Made by a program: the position numbers and the translations under genes. The notes beneath the pieces are model-generated. The model saw only the letters and a program-made list of their open reading frames with translations. It was not told the origin of the DNA and did no database searches. A stretch of 64,000 bases of DNA, from IMG/VR virus record IMGVR_UViG_3300032300_000824, positions 32,001 to 96,000 of that record. One strand, given 5' to 3'. This document shows, one piece after another, positions 20,932-30,468 of this stretch (the first letter of the stretch is position 1; each line of letters starts with the position of its first letter). The stretch is from a virus. Its lineage: Duplodnaviria; Caudoviricetes.

Positions 20932-22801
20932 AACTACCTCCATTTTTCAAAAGTGTACTAACGGCCATTACTTTATCTAACATAGCTACGCCTAAAATAT
21001 CAAACTTGATGATACCCATAGTTTCCAAGTCTTGCATTTCCATGCCAGCTATTTGTTGTTTATTCTTTGTGTCATAAACCATGGGACACAAGTTCCCAAG
21101 TTTTTGATCAGTAATAACAATTCCGGCCGCATGTTTAGACTGGTTAACCTTGGTGCCTTCAAGTCTGATCGCCTGCTCAAACCGTTTTGCTAGAGGACCA
21201 GACAGAAGACCATCGTCATTAATATAACACCAATTCTTGAGTTTGTCAACATTATTTTCTAAGGCCCACTGTATTATGGAAGCTTCTCCGAATTCTTCTT
21301 TCATTTCTTGAAGTTCGTCGGCAATCTTAGCTTCATCTGGTATGCTTTTGGTTATTTCATTCATTTCGTCGAAAGTAATATCTCCATAAACTCTTAGAAC
21401 GTCTTTAAGAGCCCCTCGACCTTTAAGAGTGTTGAAAGTTACCATTTGAGAAACATTTTCTACCCCGTACCTATTCTTAATATAGTTGATGACTTCTTCT
21501 CTTTTATTAATTGGTACGTCAACGTCAATATCTGGCATGGAAATTCTACCATCTGTGTTTCTACCAGCATTATAGAATCTTTCAAAGATTAGACTATATT
21601 TAATAGGATCAATACTAGTAATACCAATCAAATAAGAGACCAAACATCCAGCCGCCGAGCCTCTTCCTGGCCCCGGTAGCCACCCCTTATCTCTTACAAA
21701 ATTGACGATATCGGACACTATTAAAAAATAGCTAGACAGACCAGCCCCTTGTAAAACAGACAGTTCAAATTTGATTCTTTCGGCATAATCGTCTTGTTGT
21801 AACTTATCGATATTATTACTAATCTTTTCTCTCCAACCATCTCTACATAATTGTCTAAGAAATTCGGCCGGATCATTTCCTTTACATTCAAACGGGGGAA
21901 GCATTGGCCTATGAGAAATATCATAATTCTCACACATACTATCTATAAGATTAGTATTCTCTATTTCTTCTTCTGTGTGTATTTTGGACATTTCTTCTGG
22001 AGAAAGAATATAGTAATTGTCAGATATAAAAAAGGTAGACATTGGTACAGACTCATGATTAACTATTTTTCTGTTAATGTCTGAGAATGTCATCTTTAGG
22101 TTATTACACAACAATATTCTCTGATCTATAGCGTCGTCTTTTTCTGCATAGTGCGCATCCGGTGTGCAGATAATTTTCGTGTCTGTTAGTTTAGCAAGCT
22201 GTCTTATGCAGTCTGTTAGAGGAGCTTGTGCCTTATTATAAGACTGGTCCATTAGCTGTGCTTCTAAAAAGAAGTTGTCCTTTCCAAAAGCATTTTTAAG
22301 CATACCTATTTTTTCAACACCGATTGTTTGCCAGTTTTTTGAAACAGAATCTGAGTCAGTAATGTGATTAGCTATATACGAACCAAGATGTCCGCAGAAT
22401 CCTATTAGATTACCATCAAGAAACTCAGAAAGTTTTTCTATACTTAGTCTAGGCTTTCTGTAGAAATAATCTTCTTTATTTGATTCTGAGATAATTTTAA
22501 CTAATTGTTGCCATCCTTTTAGATTTTTGGCTAACACAAGAAAATGATGAAGCTCATCCTCTTTATTTTTAACAGAGGGGTCATTGTCACAAATATAAAG
22601 TTCACAACCTAAGATGGGTTTAATCCCATCCTTTTTAAGAGTGTTGTGAAATTGTACTGTTCCAGCAATATTTCCATGATCTGTCAAGGCGCAAGATCCA
22701 ACTCCTATTTTTTGACATCTTTTTGAAATTTGAGCCGGTTTACTTAATCCATCTAATAAACTGTAGTGAGAGTGGACGTGTAGGGGAATATAATTTTTCA
22801 T
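20924..22801 (-). CDS. dnaE: DNA polymerase III alpha, N-terminal half (PHP, palm, thumb)
   Basis: PHP motifs LHVHSHYSLLDG, TDHG and DAHY. Polymerase motifs GRGSAAG, PDIDVD, HAAGIV and KFDILG. Confidence 0.93.
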   Translation of the reverse strand: MKNYIPLHVHSHYSLLDGLSKPAQISKRCQKIGVGSCALTDHGNIAGTVQFHNTLKKDGIKPILGCELYICDNDPSVKNKEDELHHFLVLAKNLKGWQQLVKIISESNKEDYFYRKPRLSIEKLSEFLDGNLIGFCGHLGSYIANHITDSDSVSKNWQTIGVEKIGMLKNAFGKDNFFLEAQLMDQSYNKAQAPLTDCIRQLAKLTDTKIICTPDAHYAEKDDAIDQRILLCNNLKMTFSDINRKIVNHESVPMSTFFISDNYYILSPEEMSKIHTEEEIENTNLIDSMCENYDISHRPMLPPFECKGNDPAEFLRQLCRDGWREKISNNIDKLQQDDYAERIKFELSVLQGAGLSSYFLIVSDIVNFVRDKGWLPGPGRGSAAGCLVSYLIGITSIDPIKYSLIFERFYNAGRNTDGRISMPDIDVDVPINKREEVINYIKNRYGVENVSQMVTFNTLKGRGALKDVLRVYGDITFDEMNEITKSIPDEAKIADELQEMKEEFGEASIIQWALENNVDKLKNWCYINDDGLLSGPLAKRFEQAIRLEGTKVNQSKHAAGIVITDQKLGNLCPMVYDTKNKQQIAGMEMQDLETMGIIKFDILGVAMLDKVMAVSTLLKNGGSYE

Positions 22802-23841
22802 TCAACGCTTCCTGGTGCCTTGTATTTAGCCACAGTATACCCTGGAACAGTGTATTCGTCAACCACGTTGTTTATACCTTTTAGCTCGATATCGTGCTTA
22901 ATTTGTTCACATTTGGTCATATGGGTATTTTTTTGACATAGCTGGTTGTCTCTATACTCCAGTATCGGCAAGACACTAGAGTTTTCAAAAGTACTTTTTC
23001 CAAAATGGCAAAGTTTACTACACATCCAACTCTTATGCAGTCTTGGTTTTTGTGTTTTCTTGATAATTTCAAATTTATCTCTAAGCATAGATTCAGTCTT
23101 AGGAAGATCTGACTTATCAAAGATTACGCTAAAAGCGCCGCCATCATTAATAAAGAAGATTGTAACCATAATATGGTCTATGTGAGGATATAGTTTTTGA
23201 ATAGCGTAATGATATATTCTTAATTGAGGATCTTCTTCTAATTTCTCTTGGGTCTTTTCTTGACCAGTTGCCCAATTTAATCTTCTTCCAGTTTTCCAGT
23301 CAATAATTTCTATAGTGTTATCTCCAACCTGGGTTATTAGGTCGATAGTTCCTTTTATAGCCAAATTACCCTCAAGAGTACCTTCCGCTAATTTATACTT
23401 ATATTTAGACCAATCCTTCTCTATTACTATATCAAAGTGTTGTTCTGGACATAAAATATTTCTATTTCTAGGATCAAACATTCCATTGTTATACGTTATG
23501 GCTTTTTCAACCCAAAGTCTACAATCTGTAAAATCTTTTATAGACCACTTATGATGGGAAAATCTACTACTATAGTATTGATATACTTGTTCAGTTAAGG
23601 TATCTATATTGTATGCTTCAACATTAACCATACCCACTATATCATCTTCAAAAGTTGTAACATTATTCTGTTGACTTTGTTTGATAATAGCTAGTATTTC
23701 TAGAACCTTGTGTACTATAGTTCCCTTGTCTGCCTTTTGATTGCTTGGCCCCCTATATCCTAATACGTATTCAAAAAAATACTGTTGCTCGCACATAGAA
23801 TGCGTATTATAAGACGAGCTTCTAAAGTATGTTATTATAAT
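22798..23841 (-). CDS. Cas4/RecB-like PD-(D/E)XK exonuclease with probable Fe-S Cys ligands
   Basis: GTIVH, GTIDL, IIDWKTG and QLRIY motifs, with Cys at MCEQ and WMCSKLC...C. Extended upstream to an ATT at 23841 to include RSSSY. Confidence 0.85.
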   Translation of the reverse strand: MIITYFRSSSYNTHSMCEQQYFFEYVLGYRGPSNQKADKGTIVHKVLEILAIIKQSQQNNVTTFEDDIVGMVNVEAYNIDTLTEQVYQYYSSRFSHHKWSIKDFTDCRLWVEKAITYNNGMFDPRNRNILCPEQHFDIVIEKDWSKYKYKLAEGTLEGNLAIKGTIDLITQVGDNTIEIIDWKTGRRLNWATGQEKTQEKLEEDPQLRIYHYAIQKLYPHIDHIMVTIFFINDGGAFSVIFDKSDLPKTESMLRDKFEIIKKTQKPRLHKSWMCSKLCHFGKSTFENSSVLPILEYRDNQLCQKNTHMTKCEQIKHDIELKGINNVVDEYTVPGYTVAKYKAPGSVE

Positions 23842-24455
23842 GAGAATATTCCTTTGTCTGATAGAAATTGTAATATGATATTGTTCTTTTCATCAAGATT
23901 CATTCCGATATTTTGAATAACCAGATCAAACTTGTTCCAATCGTATACATCTTTATCCAAAGCTCTCTCACTATTAGACTCAGAAGCAAAAGGGTCCAAA
24001 GCAAGCCTAATTACATAACCCCCAGCGTTTTGAATTGATTCAACTTCATTAGGAAATCTGCAATCGGCTATAATTGCCAAGTCTACGTCTTCTTTTTTGA
24101 TTTTATTTATGGTTGCATCAACCCACACGTTGGTTTTCATTTTACGAAATATATTAGTTCCAACATGTTCCATAATTTGTCTAGCAGACATGTGTCCTGA
24201 TGTTTCAAAAGATTCATTGTAGTCTGGCATATCTTTCCAAGTAATGTCAGTTAATGTATTCTTATGTTCATCACTACCATAGCATTGTTCATATGTTAGT
24301 CCTAAAATATTAATACAAATATCTTGTTTTAAAGGATCAGCAAAACTATATATCTTATTACTAAGTCCCAAATTACGAGAATTAACAACTGATTGAACAT
24401 ATTCTGCAGAGGTGCTTTTTCCTGATTGTTTTCTTCCTGCAAAAGCTAAAATCAT
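23835..24455 (-). CDS. Deoxynucleoside monophosphate kinase (T4 gp1-like)
   Basis: GRKQSGKST, FADPLK, RQIMEHVGT and DCRFPNE motifs. Confidence 0.88.
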   Translation of the reverse strand: MILAFAGRKQSGKSTSAEYVQSVVNSRNLGLSNKIYSFADPLKQDICINILGLTYEQCYGSDEHKNTLTDITWKDMPDYNESFETSGHMSARQIMEHVGTNIFRKMKTNVWVDATINKIKKEDVDLAIIADCRFPNEVESIQNAGGYVIRLALDPFASESNSERALDKDVYDWNKFDLVIQNIGMNLDEKNNIILQFLSDKGIFSL

Positions 24456-25609
24456 TTTATCTCCGATATTTTAGGAACAAGTGTATTTCTAATGTCTTCT
24501 ATACTCAACTCTCCAACATCTGGTCCTTCAAATGAGGGAGAATATATTCTATAGATTTTTTTACATTTTTCAGTAATTTGCTTGATAGCCTTTTGGCCAG
24601 CGTCATCATTATCCATCAGAAGTATAATATTCATAGCTCCTGAAGAATCAATTAGTAGTTTTTGTTTATCACTCAAAGAAGATCCAAAGATAGCTACGCT
24701 ATTATGAATTCCTGCTTCCTCTAGTCTCCATACATTCCCAGGACTTTCTACTAATATAATGGTTCTGCTTTTTTGAACATGATCTTTAGCAAACCAGAAG
24801 TTGTAAAGATGCTCTTGGGACTTGAATCCATAATTATGCTTCCATTTACAATATTTCCAAACATCCTCTTTGTCTGGACATTCTGAGGTTGACGTATGAT
24901 AATGTCCGCATTTTAAGCAAGCACTAAAGACACTTCTTCCAGTGCAACCAACTATAACTTTACCGTCTATCGAATAGATTGGTACAACAATCCTGTTGTG
25001 CATCTCTTTGTTTGGATTGTCGCATAATCCTACGTCATACTTATTAAGTATTTCTTTAGTATATCCTCTTTCCAAGTAATACTCAGACGGTATCTGTAGA
25101 GATTCTCTTACCTGGGCTTTTGTAATTTTAGATAAAGGACTAGTATTTTGGGTTTGCTTTACGTTTTCTACAATCCTAGCAAATGTATTCTTTTCTGCAT
25201 CGGCTCTTGATATCTTGATATCCTTGATATTTTTATTTAGCAGGGATAGGCAGAAATCTACTGCCTCTTGAAAAGAAGCTGTTTCGTCACCCTCTCTGTT
25301 CCATCTGTATTTAGTTTTTGATAATACTCCTCTGACAAATCCTATGATAGAGCTTTTAAAAGTGCTGTCACAATTATGTGTACGACATCTCCAATTACCT
25401 CTATAATAGTCTCCAGTATGATAAATATTAACGGCGGATGGATTATCTCCTCCATGAATAGGACATGACATGGTTATCATTTTGTTTGACATCTTAAACT
25501 CTTCAATGTCTAATGCATCAAGGAGGTCTTCGATATTGTCACAAACTTGATCACAAACAACCTTAAGTTTATTTTGATCATACGAACGGGATTTCATTGG
25601 TGTTTTCAT
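24452..25609 (-). CDS. dnaG: DnaG-like primase
   Basis: CPIH...CRTHNC zinc finger, YYLERG, RIVVPI, and TOPRIM motifs LVES and DNDDAG. Confidence 0.88.
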   Translation of the reverse strand: MKTPMKSRSYDQNKLKVVCDQVCDNIEDLLDALDIEEFKMSNKMITMSCPIHGGDNPSAVNIYHTGDYYRGNWRCRTHNCDSTFKSSIIGFVRGVLSKTKYRWNREGDETASFQEAVDFCLSLLNKNIKDIKISRADAEKNTFARIVENVKQTQNTSPLSKITKAQVRESLQIPSEYYLERGYTKEILNKYDVGLCDNPNKEMHNRIVVPIYSIDGKVIVGCTGRSVFSACLKCGHYHTSTSECPDKEDVWKYCKWKHNYGFKSQEHLYNFWFAKDHVQKSRTIILVESPGNVWRLEEAGIHNSVAIFGSSLSDKQKLLIDSSGAMNIILLMDNDDAGQKAIKQITEKCKKIYRIYSPSFEGPDVGELSIEDIRNTLVPKISEIK

Positions 25610-27035
25610 TTTCTGTATCTACAATAAAGCCATCTTTAGTTTTGCTTGTTGAGTTGTTAATTTCCAATTTTGTTTTACCTTCTGTGATCTTAGCACACCA
25701 TCCCTTCATGTGACAATTTATATAGTCATTGTCATCTAATCCTCCTCCGTGTCTACTGATTAATGGAACTAGTTTTCTGTTTCCACTATTTGGGCCATCC
25801 TCTGCAATTTCTTCATCAGATTTTCTTTTGAAGATAGTGAAGTTACTACACAACCAAATGATTCTGTCTGAACCAGAAGCTGTGTCTGTTGATTCTTTCG
25901 TGATACCGTCCCTGTTCAACTGGATAAATGCCACGATAGGTACTTTATACCTGACGGCAAAATTATGTAAACTGGTCATCATAAAGCCAAGTACTTGGTA
26001 TTCCTTCATATCCTGAGACATTCCAGCAGAGTCCATTAGCTTCAGATAGTCATAAAATATTACGCATTCCTTTGCTGTTCCGTCATTATTTAACCCAACT
26101 TCTTTAACCAACCACCGTCTCATAATAGCTAACTGATCTTCAAATGCTTTTCCAGCTATGCTTTTATGATATAGATTTGATTTCTTTAGGGTCTCAACAG
26201 CCTTACCTATCTTCGACTTCATCTCTGGAGATTCTGCAAACTTTCCTGTTTCGATAGCGTTGATTTCTATTTCAGTCATCATAGCAAGTAATCTATGAAT
26301 ATGATCTTCTTTATTCATTTCAGTATCCATATTCAATACAGGAATACCCTTTTCTGCTATATTACGACCCATATTATCAGACAATAGAGTTTTACCAGTC
26401 TTGGGTCTTGCTGCTATAACATTAACAGTTCCTTTTCTGAGACCTCCACCAATCGCCTGATCATATATTGGAAATCCTGTTGGAATACCAACTTGATCTA
26501 TCTTATGTAGTTCCAGATCGGCCACATATTCTTCTAGTGTAGATCCTATCTTTTCTGGTCCTCCATCACTATCCGTTAATAATGACGTGAAATTAAAGAT
26601 ACTATCTTCTGCAATTCCTATTATAGAAGAGATTGGTTCATTACCGGTAACATCTAGAATTTTCTCTTGAGTGGTCTCAAGCTGTTTTCTTAATAGTCTG
26701 GCTATTTCTAGTTTACGGATTTTAGCCGCAAATTTTCTAACATTATCCAAACTTACAGGAAAATCTATAACAGCTTTAAGGTGCTGTGTTTCTTCTTTCT
26801 TGCTCAAGATAGTAGAAAGGCCAAGCTCTTGAGCAACAGAGTAGATAGAGGCTATATCTATAGTTGAATTGGCGTTTTCGCATATTGTTTTTAAACACTT
26901 AAAGATGATACTATTACTATCAATAGTAAAAGATGTCTCCTGAACAATATCTGCAACGTCAAGATAAGCATCCTGACCATATGTACAAATACCTGCGAGT
27001 ACCGCTCTTTCTGCGGCTGGATCAGCTAAAATCAC
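25578..27035 (-). CDS. dnaB: DnaB-like replicative helicase
   Basis: AERAVL, GIPTGF, Walker A ARPKTGKT, DTEM, YDYL and QLNR motifs. GTG start. Confidence 0.92.
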   Translation of the reverse strand: MILADPAAERAVLAGICTYGQDAYLDVADIVQETSFTIDSNSIIFKCLKTICENANSTIDIASIYSVAQELGLSTILSKKEETQHLKAVIDFPVSLDNVRKFAAKIRKLEIARLLRKQLETTQEKILDVTGNEPISSIIGIAEDSIFNFTSLLTDSDGGPEKIGSTLEEYVADLELHKIDQVGIPTGFPIYDQAIGGGLRKGTVNVIAARPKTGKTLLSDNMGRNIAEKGIPVLNMDTEMNKEDHIHRLLAMMTEIEINAIETGKFAESPEMKSKIGKAVETLKKSNLYHKSIAGKAFEDQLAIMRRWLVKEVGLNNDGTAKECVIFYDYLKLMDSAGMSQDMKEYQVLGFMMTSLHNFAVRYKVPIVAFIQLNRDGITKESTDTASGSDRIIWLCSNFTIFKRKSDEEIAEDGPNSGNRKLVPLISRHGGGLDDNDYINCHMKGWCAKITEGKTKLEINNSTSKTKDGFIVDTENENTNEIPFV

Positions 27036-27039
27036 TATT

Positions 27040-27525
27040 TCACCCCTTTGAGGACATTACTTTTATTTTTTGAATTGAGAGTAGGATATCTGATAGATTT
27101 TTTATATTACCAGCCAGATATTGTAGTCTATCACTTCTTTGTTTGGCATACTTTTTGATTTTATTCAGAGAGGCTGCCTTATCATTGTTCTTGATTGCTT
27201 GAAGAGATTTCTCAATATAACCATATCCTTTATAGTTATTAACCTCATCAGCAATAACATCTTTTATCGTCTCCTCTGACCAATTTACTCTGGCTATTTC
27301 TCTATTCAGAGTTCTTTGAACATGAAAAGAGAACTGTCCTAGTCTGTATGCAATTTGTGCACAATCTTCTGGGGTTAATCTTTCAAGATCATCCCTGTTC
27401 ATTACAAGATATTGTTGAAGTTCAGCTTCGGGAAAAAGATCTGACTTATATTTTTCGAATCCAATAGTTTGTTCATATTCATCTAAAATAGAGTCCCACG
27501 ACTCAACCTGTTCTTTCGTATTCAT
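27040..27525 (-). CDS. Helical protein, possibly a UvsY-like recombination mediator
   Basis: Helical/coiled-coil character. Lies between recA and dnaB. Function inferred from context only. Confidence 0.35.
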   Translation of the reverse strand: MNTKEQVESWDSILDEYEQTIGFEKYKSDLFPEAELQQYLVMNRDDLERLTPEDCAQIAYRLGQFSFHVQRTLNREIARVNWSEETIKDVIADEVNNYKGYGYIEKSLQAIKNNDKAASLNKIKKYAKQRSDRLQYLAGNIKNLSDILLSIQKIKVMSSKG

Positions 27526-27925
27526 TAGTTATCCTTTGAGACCATTGTTCAGCAGTTTCGTTGAATGGTAGTTCTATGTAAATAATGTCGTTAAGATGAC
27601 ACCACTCGATTTTTTCTCTATCTCTCTTTTTTTGTTTAATAAAACCAAACTTATTAGAATGGTAATGTCCAACAAATTTATAATGCTGTTCTCCATGAAC
27701 CTCTATACAAAATTTGAGTAAGGGAAGGTAAAAATCTAAGAACAGCGTTTCTGACTTTCGTAGTATGATAGGAACTTCTTCCAGTGCTACCAAGGTGGGA
27801 AACAAGTTTTTGATAACCGTTCTGGCCTGTATGTGTAATGATGACTTATTCATCATCTTACTATGGGCCATGTTTCCACCAAGTAGCCAATTATGAGAAT
27901 TGCCGTCTAGGTCTTTGATCAGCAT
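27503..27925 (-). CDS. Vsr/DUF559-like endonuclease
   Basis: EEV...LDFYLP...IEVHGEQH...DREK motif. Confidence 0.7.
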   Translation of the reverse strand: MLIKDLDGNSHNWLLGGNMAHSKMMNKSSLHIQARTVIKNLFPTLVALEEVPIILRKSETLFLDFYLPLLKFCIEVHGEQHYKFVGHYHSNKFGFIKQKKRDREKIEWCHLNDIIYIELPFNETAEQWSQRITNEYERTG

Positions 27926-28932
27926 TTGATTCCCATCATATTTTTAACCTCTGCATATAGTTTCTCATAAGAGTCTGTATGCTCTAACAGATAGTTTCTG
28001 ACCTTTTCCATACCTTGAAACTTTGGCTTCTCTTCAATAAAGTCTAATGTATACCAAGCACCACCCTTATTAATTAAGCCCATATCCGATGCTAGTACAA
28101 CCAGTTCTGTACACTTATCGATCCCTTGACCATATCGAAGGTATGAGGTTATGGTTCCTCCCGGAGGCCCAAGAGCGGAACACATCACTTGCCACTCAAT
28201 TTCTTGTCCTATTTGCGTACTGTCTGCGCTGAGAACCCACGGTTTAAAAGTTTTGGCTCTTAGCTTGATGTCTGTTTGATAGGCTATAGCCTGACCAGAT
28301 TTTTCTTTAAATTCTGCTCCATAACCAGTAGGATTACCCATAAGATGAGTAATACCTATTACTATGTTTTTATTAACTGGAATAACATTAGCAACTTTAC
28401 GACAAAACTTAGCCAATAACTTAGCTCCGTCTGCTCGTTGCATTTTATCCATTTCACTAGTAATTTCTGCTTCGGTACACAATGCCGAATATGAGTCTAT
28501 AATTAAAACACACCCTGGTTCTTCATTAATAATTCTTTCAGCAATTTGTAAGTATTCTTCTGCATGTAGGATCTTACCTTGTTGAGAACCAATAACATCA
28601 AATCTAGCAAGGTCTAAACCAGGTATTCCTTCTAGATCTCTTTTTTTCAATCTACCTTCAATGTTTAGGTAATACACATGTCTTGGTTTTTTAAGATCTC
28701 CCTTATATTCTTCCTTTTGGGCCGTAGCACAGAAAGATAGTGATGTTGTGGTTTTTCCACACTTTGGTTGTCCTGTTAAAACAACAAAACTTCCTTCTGG
28801 TATACCCCCATTTAAAATCATGTCTAGAGCAGGACTAACTGGGATAATAACTGAATCTCTATCTACTACAGAGTTTCCAGAAAGAATAATATCCGATCCG
28901 AAATCTTTAATAACGCCCTCTTTAAGTCCCAT
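27919..28932 (-). CDS. recA: RecA/UvsX-like recombinase
   Basis: LDMILNGGIPEG, Walker A GQPKCGKTT, LIIDS, YGQGID, and GGAWY...FQG motifs. Confidence 0.9.
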   Translation of the reverse strand: MGLKEGVIKDFGSDIILSGNSVVDRDSVIIPVSPALDMILNGGIPEGSFVVLTGQPKCGKTTTSLSFCATAQKEEYKGDLKKPRHVYYLNIEGRLKKRDLEGIPGLDLARFDVIGSQQGKILHAEEYLQIAERIINEEPGCVLIIDSYSALCTEAEITSEMDKMQRADGAKLLAKFCRKVANVIPVNKNIVIGITHLMGNPTGYGAEFKEKSGQAIAYQTDIKLRAKTFKPWVLSADSTQIGQEIEWQVMCSALGPPGGTITSYLRYGQGIDKCTELVVLASDMGLINKGGAWYTLDFIEEKPKFQGMEKVRNYLLEHTDSYEKLYAEVKNMMGIKC

Positions 28933-29341
28933 TATCTATATCCTCCAATTTTGATAAAATATTTTTAGGATTGTTTCCAGATTGTCTGTGTGAAACATTT
29001 TCTTTACGCTCTAGGCTTTTAGTGAGAGCATTGTTTTCTTTTGATACGATCTCTGCCTCTTGCTCAATAATAGGCAATAGATGAGGCGCTCGCAAGGAAT
29101 AGATTCTTTCCGTCTTAGGATTCTTTAATGCTCTGATAACAGCCTTATCACCATACTTGCTAATTAGCTTATTTGCTGTTGCGATTTGGTTTCTAAAAAA
29201 TGATGACCACTTTTTATTTGTCCAGAATCTATGATGAAGATCTTCCTTGTCGATTTTAGCTTTCTTTTCGCATATCATTTCGGTAATATACTGAGAAGCT
29301 GAAACAAACTTTTCATTCGAATATCTTGATGGATATTTCAT
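28922..29341 (-). CDS. Hypothetical protein
   Basis: Coupled ORF within the replication operon. Confidence 0.65.
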   Translation of the reverse strand: MKYPSRYSNEKFVSASQYITEMICEKKAKIDKEDLHHRFWTNKKWSSFFRNQIATANKLISKYGDKAVIRALKNPKTERIYSLRAPHLLPIIEQEAEIVSKENNALTKSLERKENVSHRQSGNNPKNILSKLEDIDNGT

Positions 29342-29691
29342 TCTTTTTTATCTAGAATTTCTTTTCCGGCTTTGGCTATGGACGTTTGTAGGTGAGTATC
29401 GAACAACTCTATGAACTTATCATAGTTCTCTTTGGCAGGCAGAGGTATGTAGTAATTTTTTTCAACAACCTTCGATGTCTTTACGCTTTGACCCTTTTCG
29501 TTCACAGACAAAACTTGAAAAGCAACCTTTACTAATATTTCATGTTGGTAATCGGTATGCTTCTCTTCTGACTCAAAGAGTTCTCCATAGACACCTCTAA
29601 AATATGTTTCTTTATCTAGTGTTTTATTTTCTATGAATTTAGCTATTATTTCTTCAATTTCTTTTTGCTCATCTATATTTTCTTCTGACAT
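29338..29691 (-). CDS. Hypothetical protein
   Basis: Likely start MSEEN at 29691 after AGGA. Confidence 0.6.
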   Translation of the reverse strand: MSEENIDEQKEIEEIIAKFIENKTLDKETYFRGVYGELFESEEKHTDYQHEILVKVAFQVLSVNEKGQSVKTSKVVEKNYYIPLPAKENYDKFIELFDTHLQTSIAKAGKEILDKKE

Positions 29692-29695
29692 AACT

Positions 29696-30085
29696 TTATC
29701 CTGCTGAGGTTGAACAATTATTACACTTATATCTTTCCGTAGAATCAACTACATTTTCACTTATTTCTTCTGTTTTACCGCACACCCTACATTTTACTTT
29801 TACAAAATTTACAGGTCTATTCCTGAGTGACGGAGGATATTTTTGTAGTTTTTTATCTATTAAGCAATCCTCTTTATGCATATTAGCTTCTGGCATATCT
29901 AAGAATTTATTTTCTCTAGCAGATCTAGTGTTAAGTTTTCTACTATTGTTTTTTATGGGATCAGATTTTTTCTTTTTACTATCTACTAGTTCCTCTTCTG
30001 TTTCGTCCTCTGGAAGTAAAGACGAAAGAAGAGAAATTAGCTGCTTTAACTTTTCTGGATCTTCTTGCAGTTTAGCCAAGTCCAT
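29696..30085 (-). CDS. Hypothetical protein with C-terminal zinc ribbon
   Basis: CRVC...CNNC motif. Confidence 0.65.
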   Translation of the reverse strand: MDLAKLQEDPEKLKQLISLLSSLLPEDETEEELVDSKKKKSDPIKNNSRKLNTRSARENKFLDMPEANMHKEDCLIDKKLQKYPPSLRNRPVNFVKVKCRVCGKTEEISENVVDSTERYKCNNCSTSAG

Positions 30086-30087
30086 AA

Positions 30088-30468
30088 TTATTTACCCTTG
30101 TTCTTGTTTTTACTTTCGCTAGGAATAAAAATACCATCTTTCATCCAACGGTTTTGTTCTACTTTAGGTGAAGATGCTGTATTCTTTCTTGCGTCATTAT
30201 ATTCTGAAGCTTCTCTGGTCATAATTGAAACAGTTTTACTCTGTTTGCCCATAGTAGTGTTGATCATCATATTTTTAGACTTACTTACTGCTGGCTCTTG
30301 AGTTGTCTTAATAGAAGACCCATCTTTGTTTACACTATTGTTTTTTTCTAAAATCTTCTTAACCTGATCACTACTAAGCTTAAGTTCTTCAGATATTTCA
30401 TCTGGAGTTTTACCTTCTTGTGATAACCATTTAACAGCGTAGGTTTGAACCTTACTGATTCTTGCCAT
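30088..30468 (-). CDS. N-terminal HTH protein
   Basis: EGKTPDEISEELKLSSDQVKKIL helix-turn-helix. The start at 30468 overlaps the upstream stop (TAATG). Confidence 0.6.
   Translation of the reverse strand: MARISKVQTYAVKWLSQEGKTPDEISEELKLSSDQVKKILEKNNSVNKDGSSIKTTQEPAVSKSKNMMINTTMGKQSKTVSIMTREASEYNDARKNTASSPKVEQNRWMKDGIFIPSESKNKNKGK

Noticed and set aside
18434-22801. Split intein or self-splicing intron in dnaE
   Set aside because: There is no Cys/Ser-initiated intein N-block at the end of the N-half and no HN-C/S/T block at the start of the C-half. The gap is fully occupied by two coupled ORFs, leaving no room for intron structure.
22798-23841. CRISPR-Cas system
   Set aside because: Solo Cas4-like nuclease in a replication operon. 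I saw no other cas genes and no repeat-spacer array.
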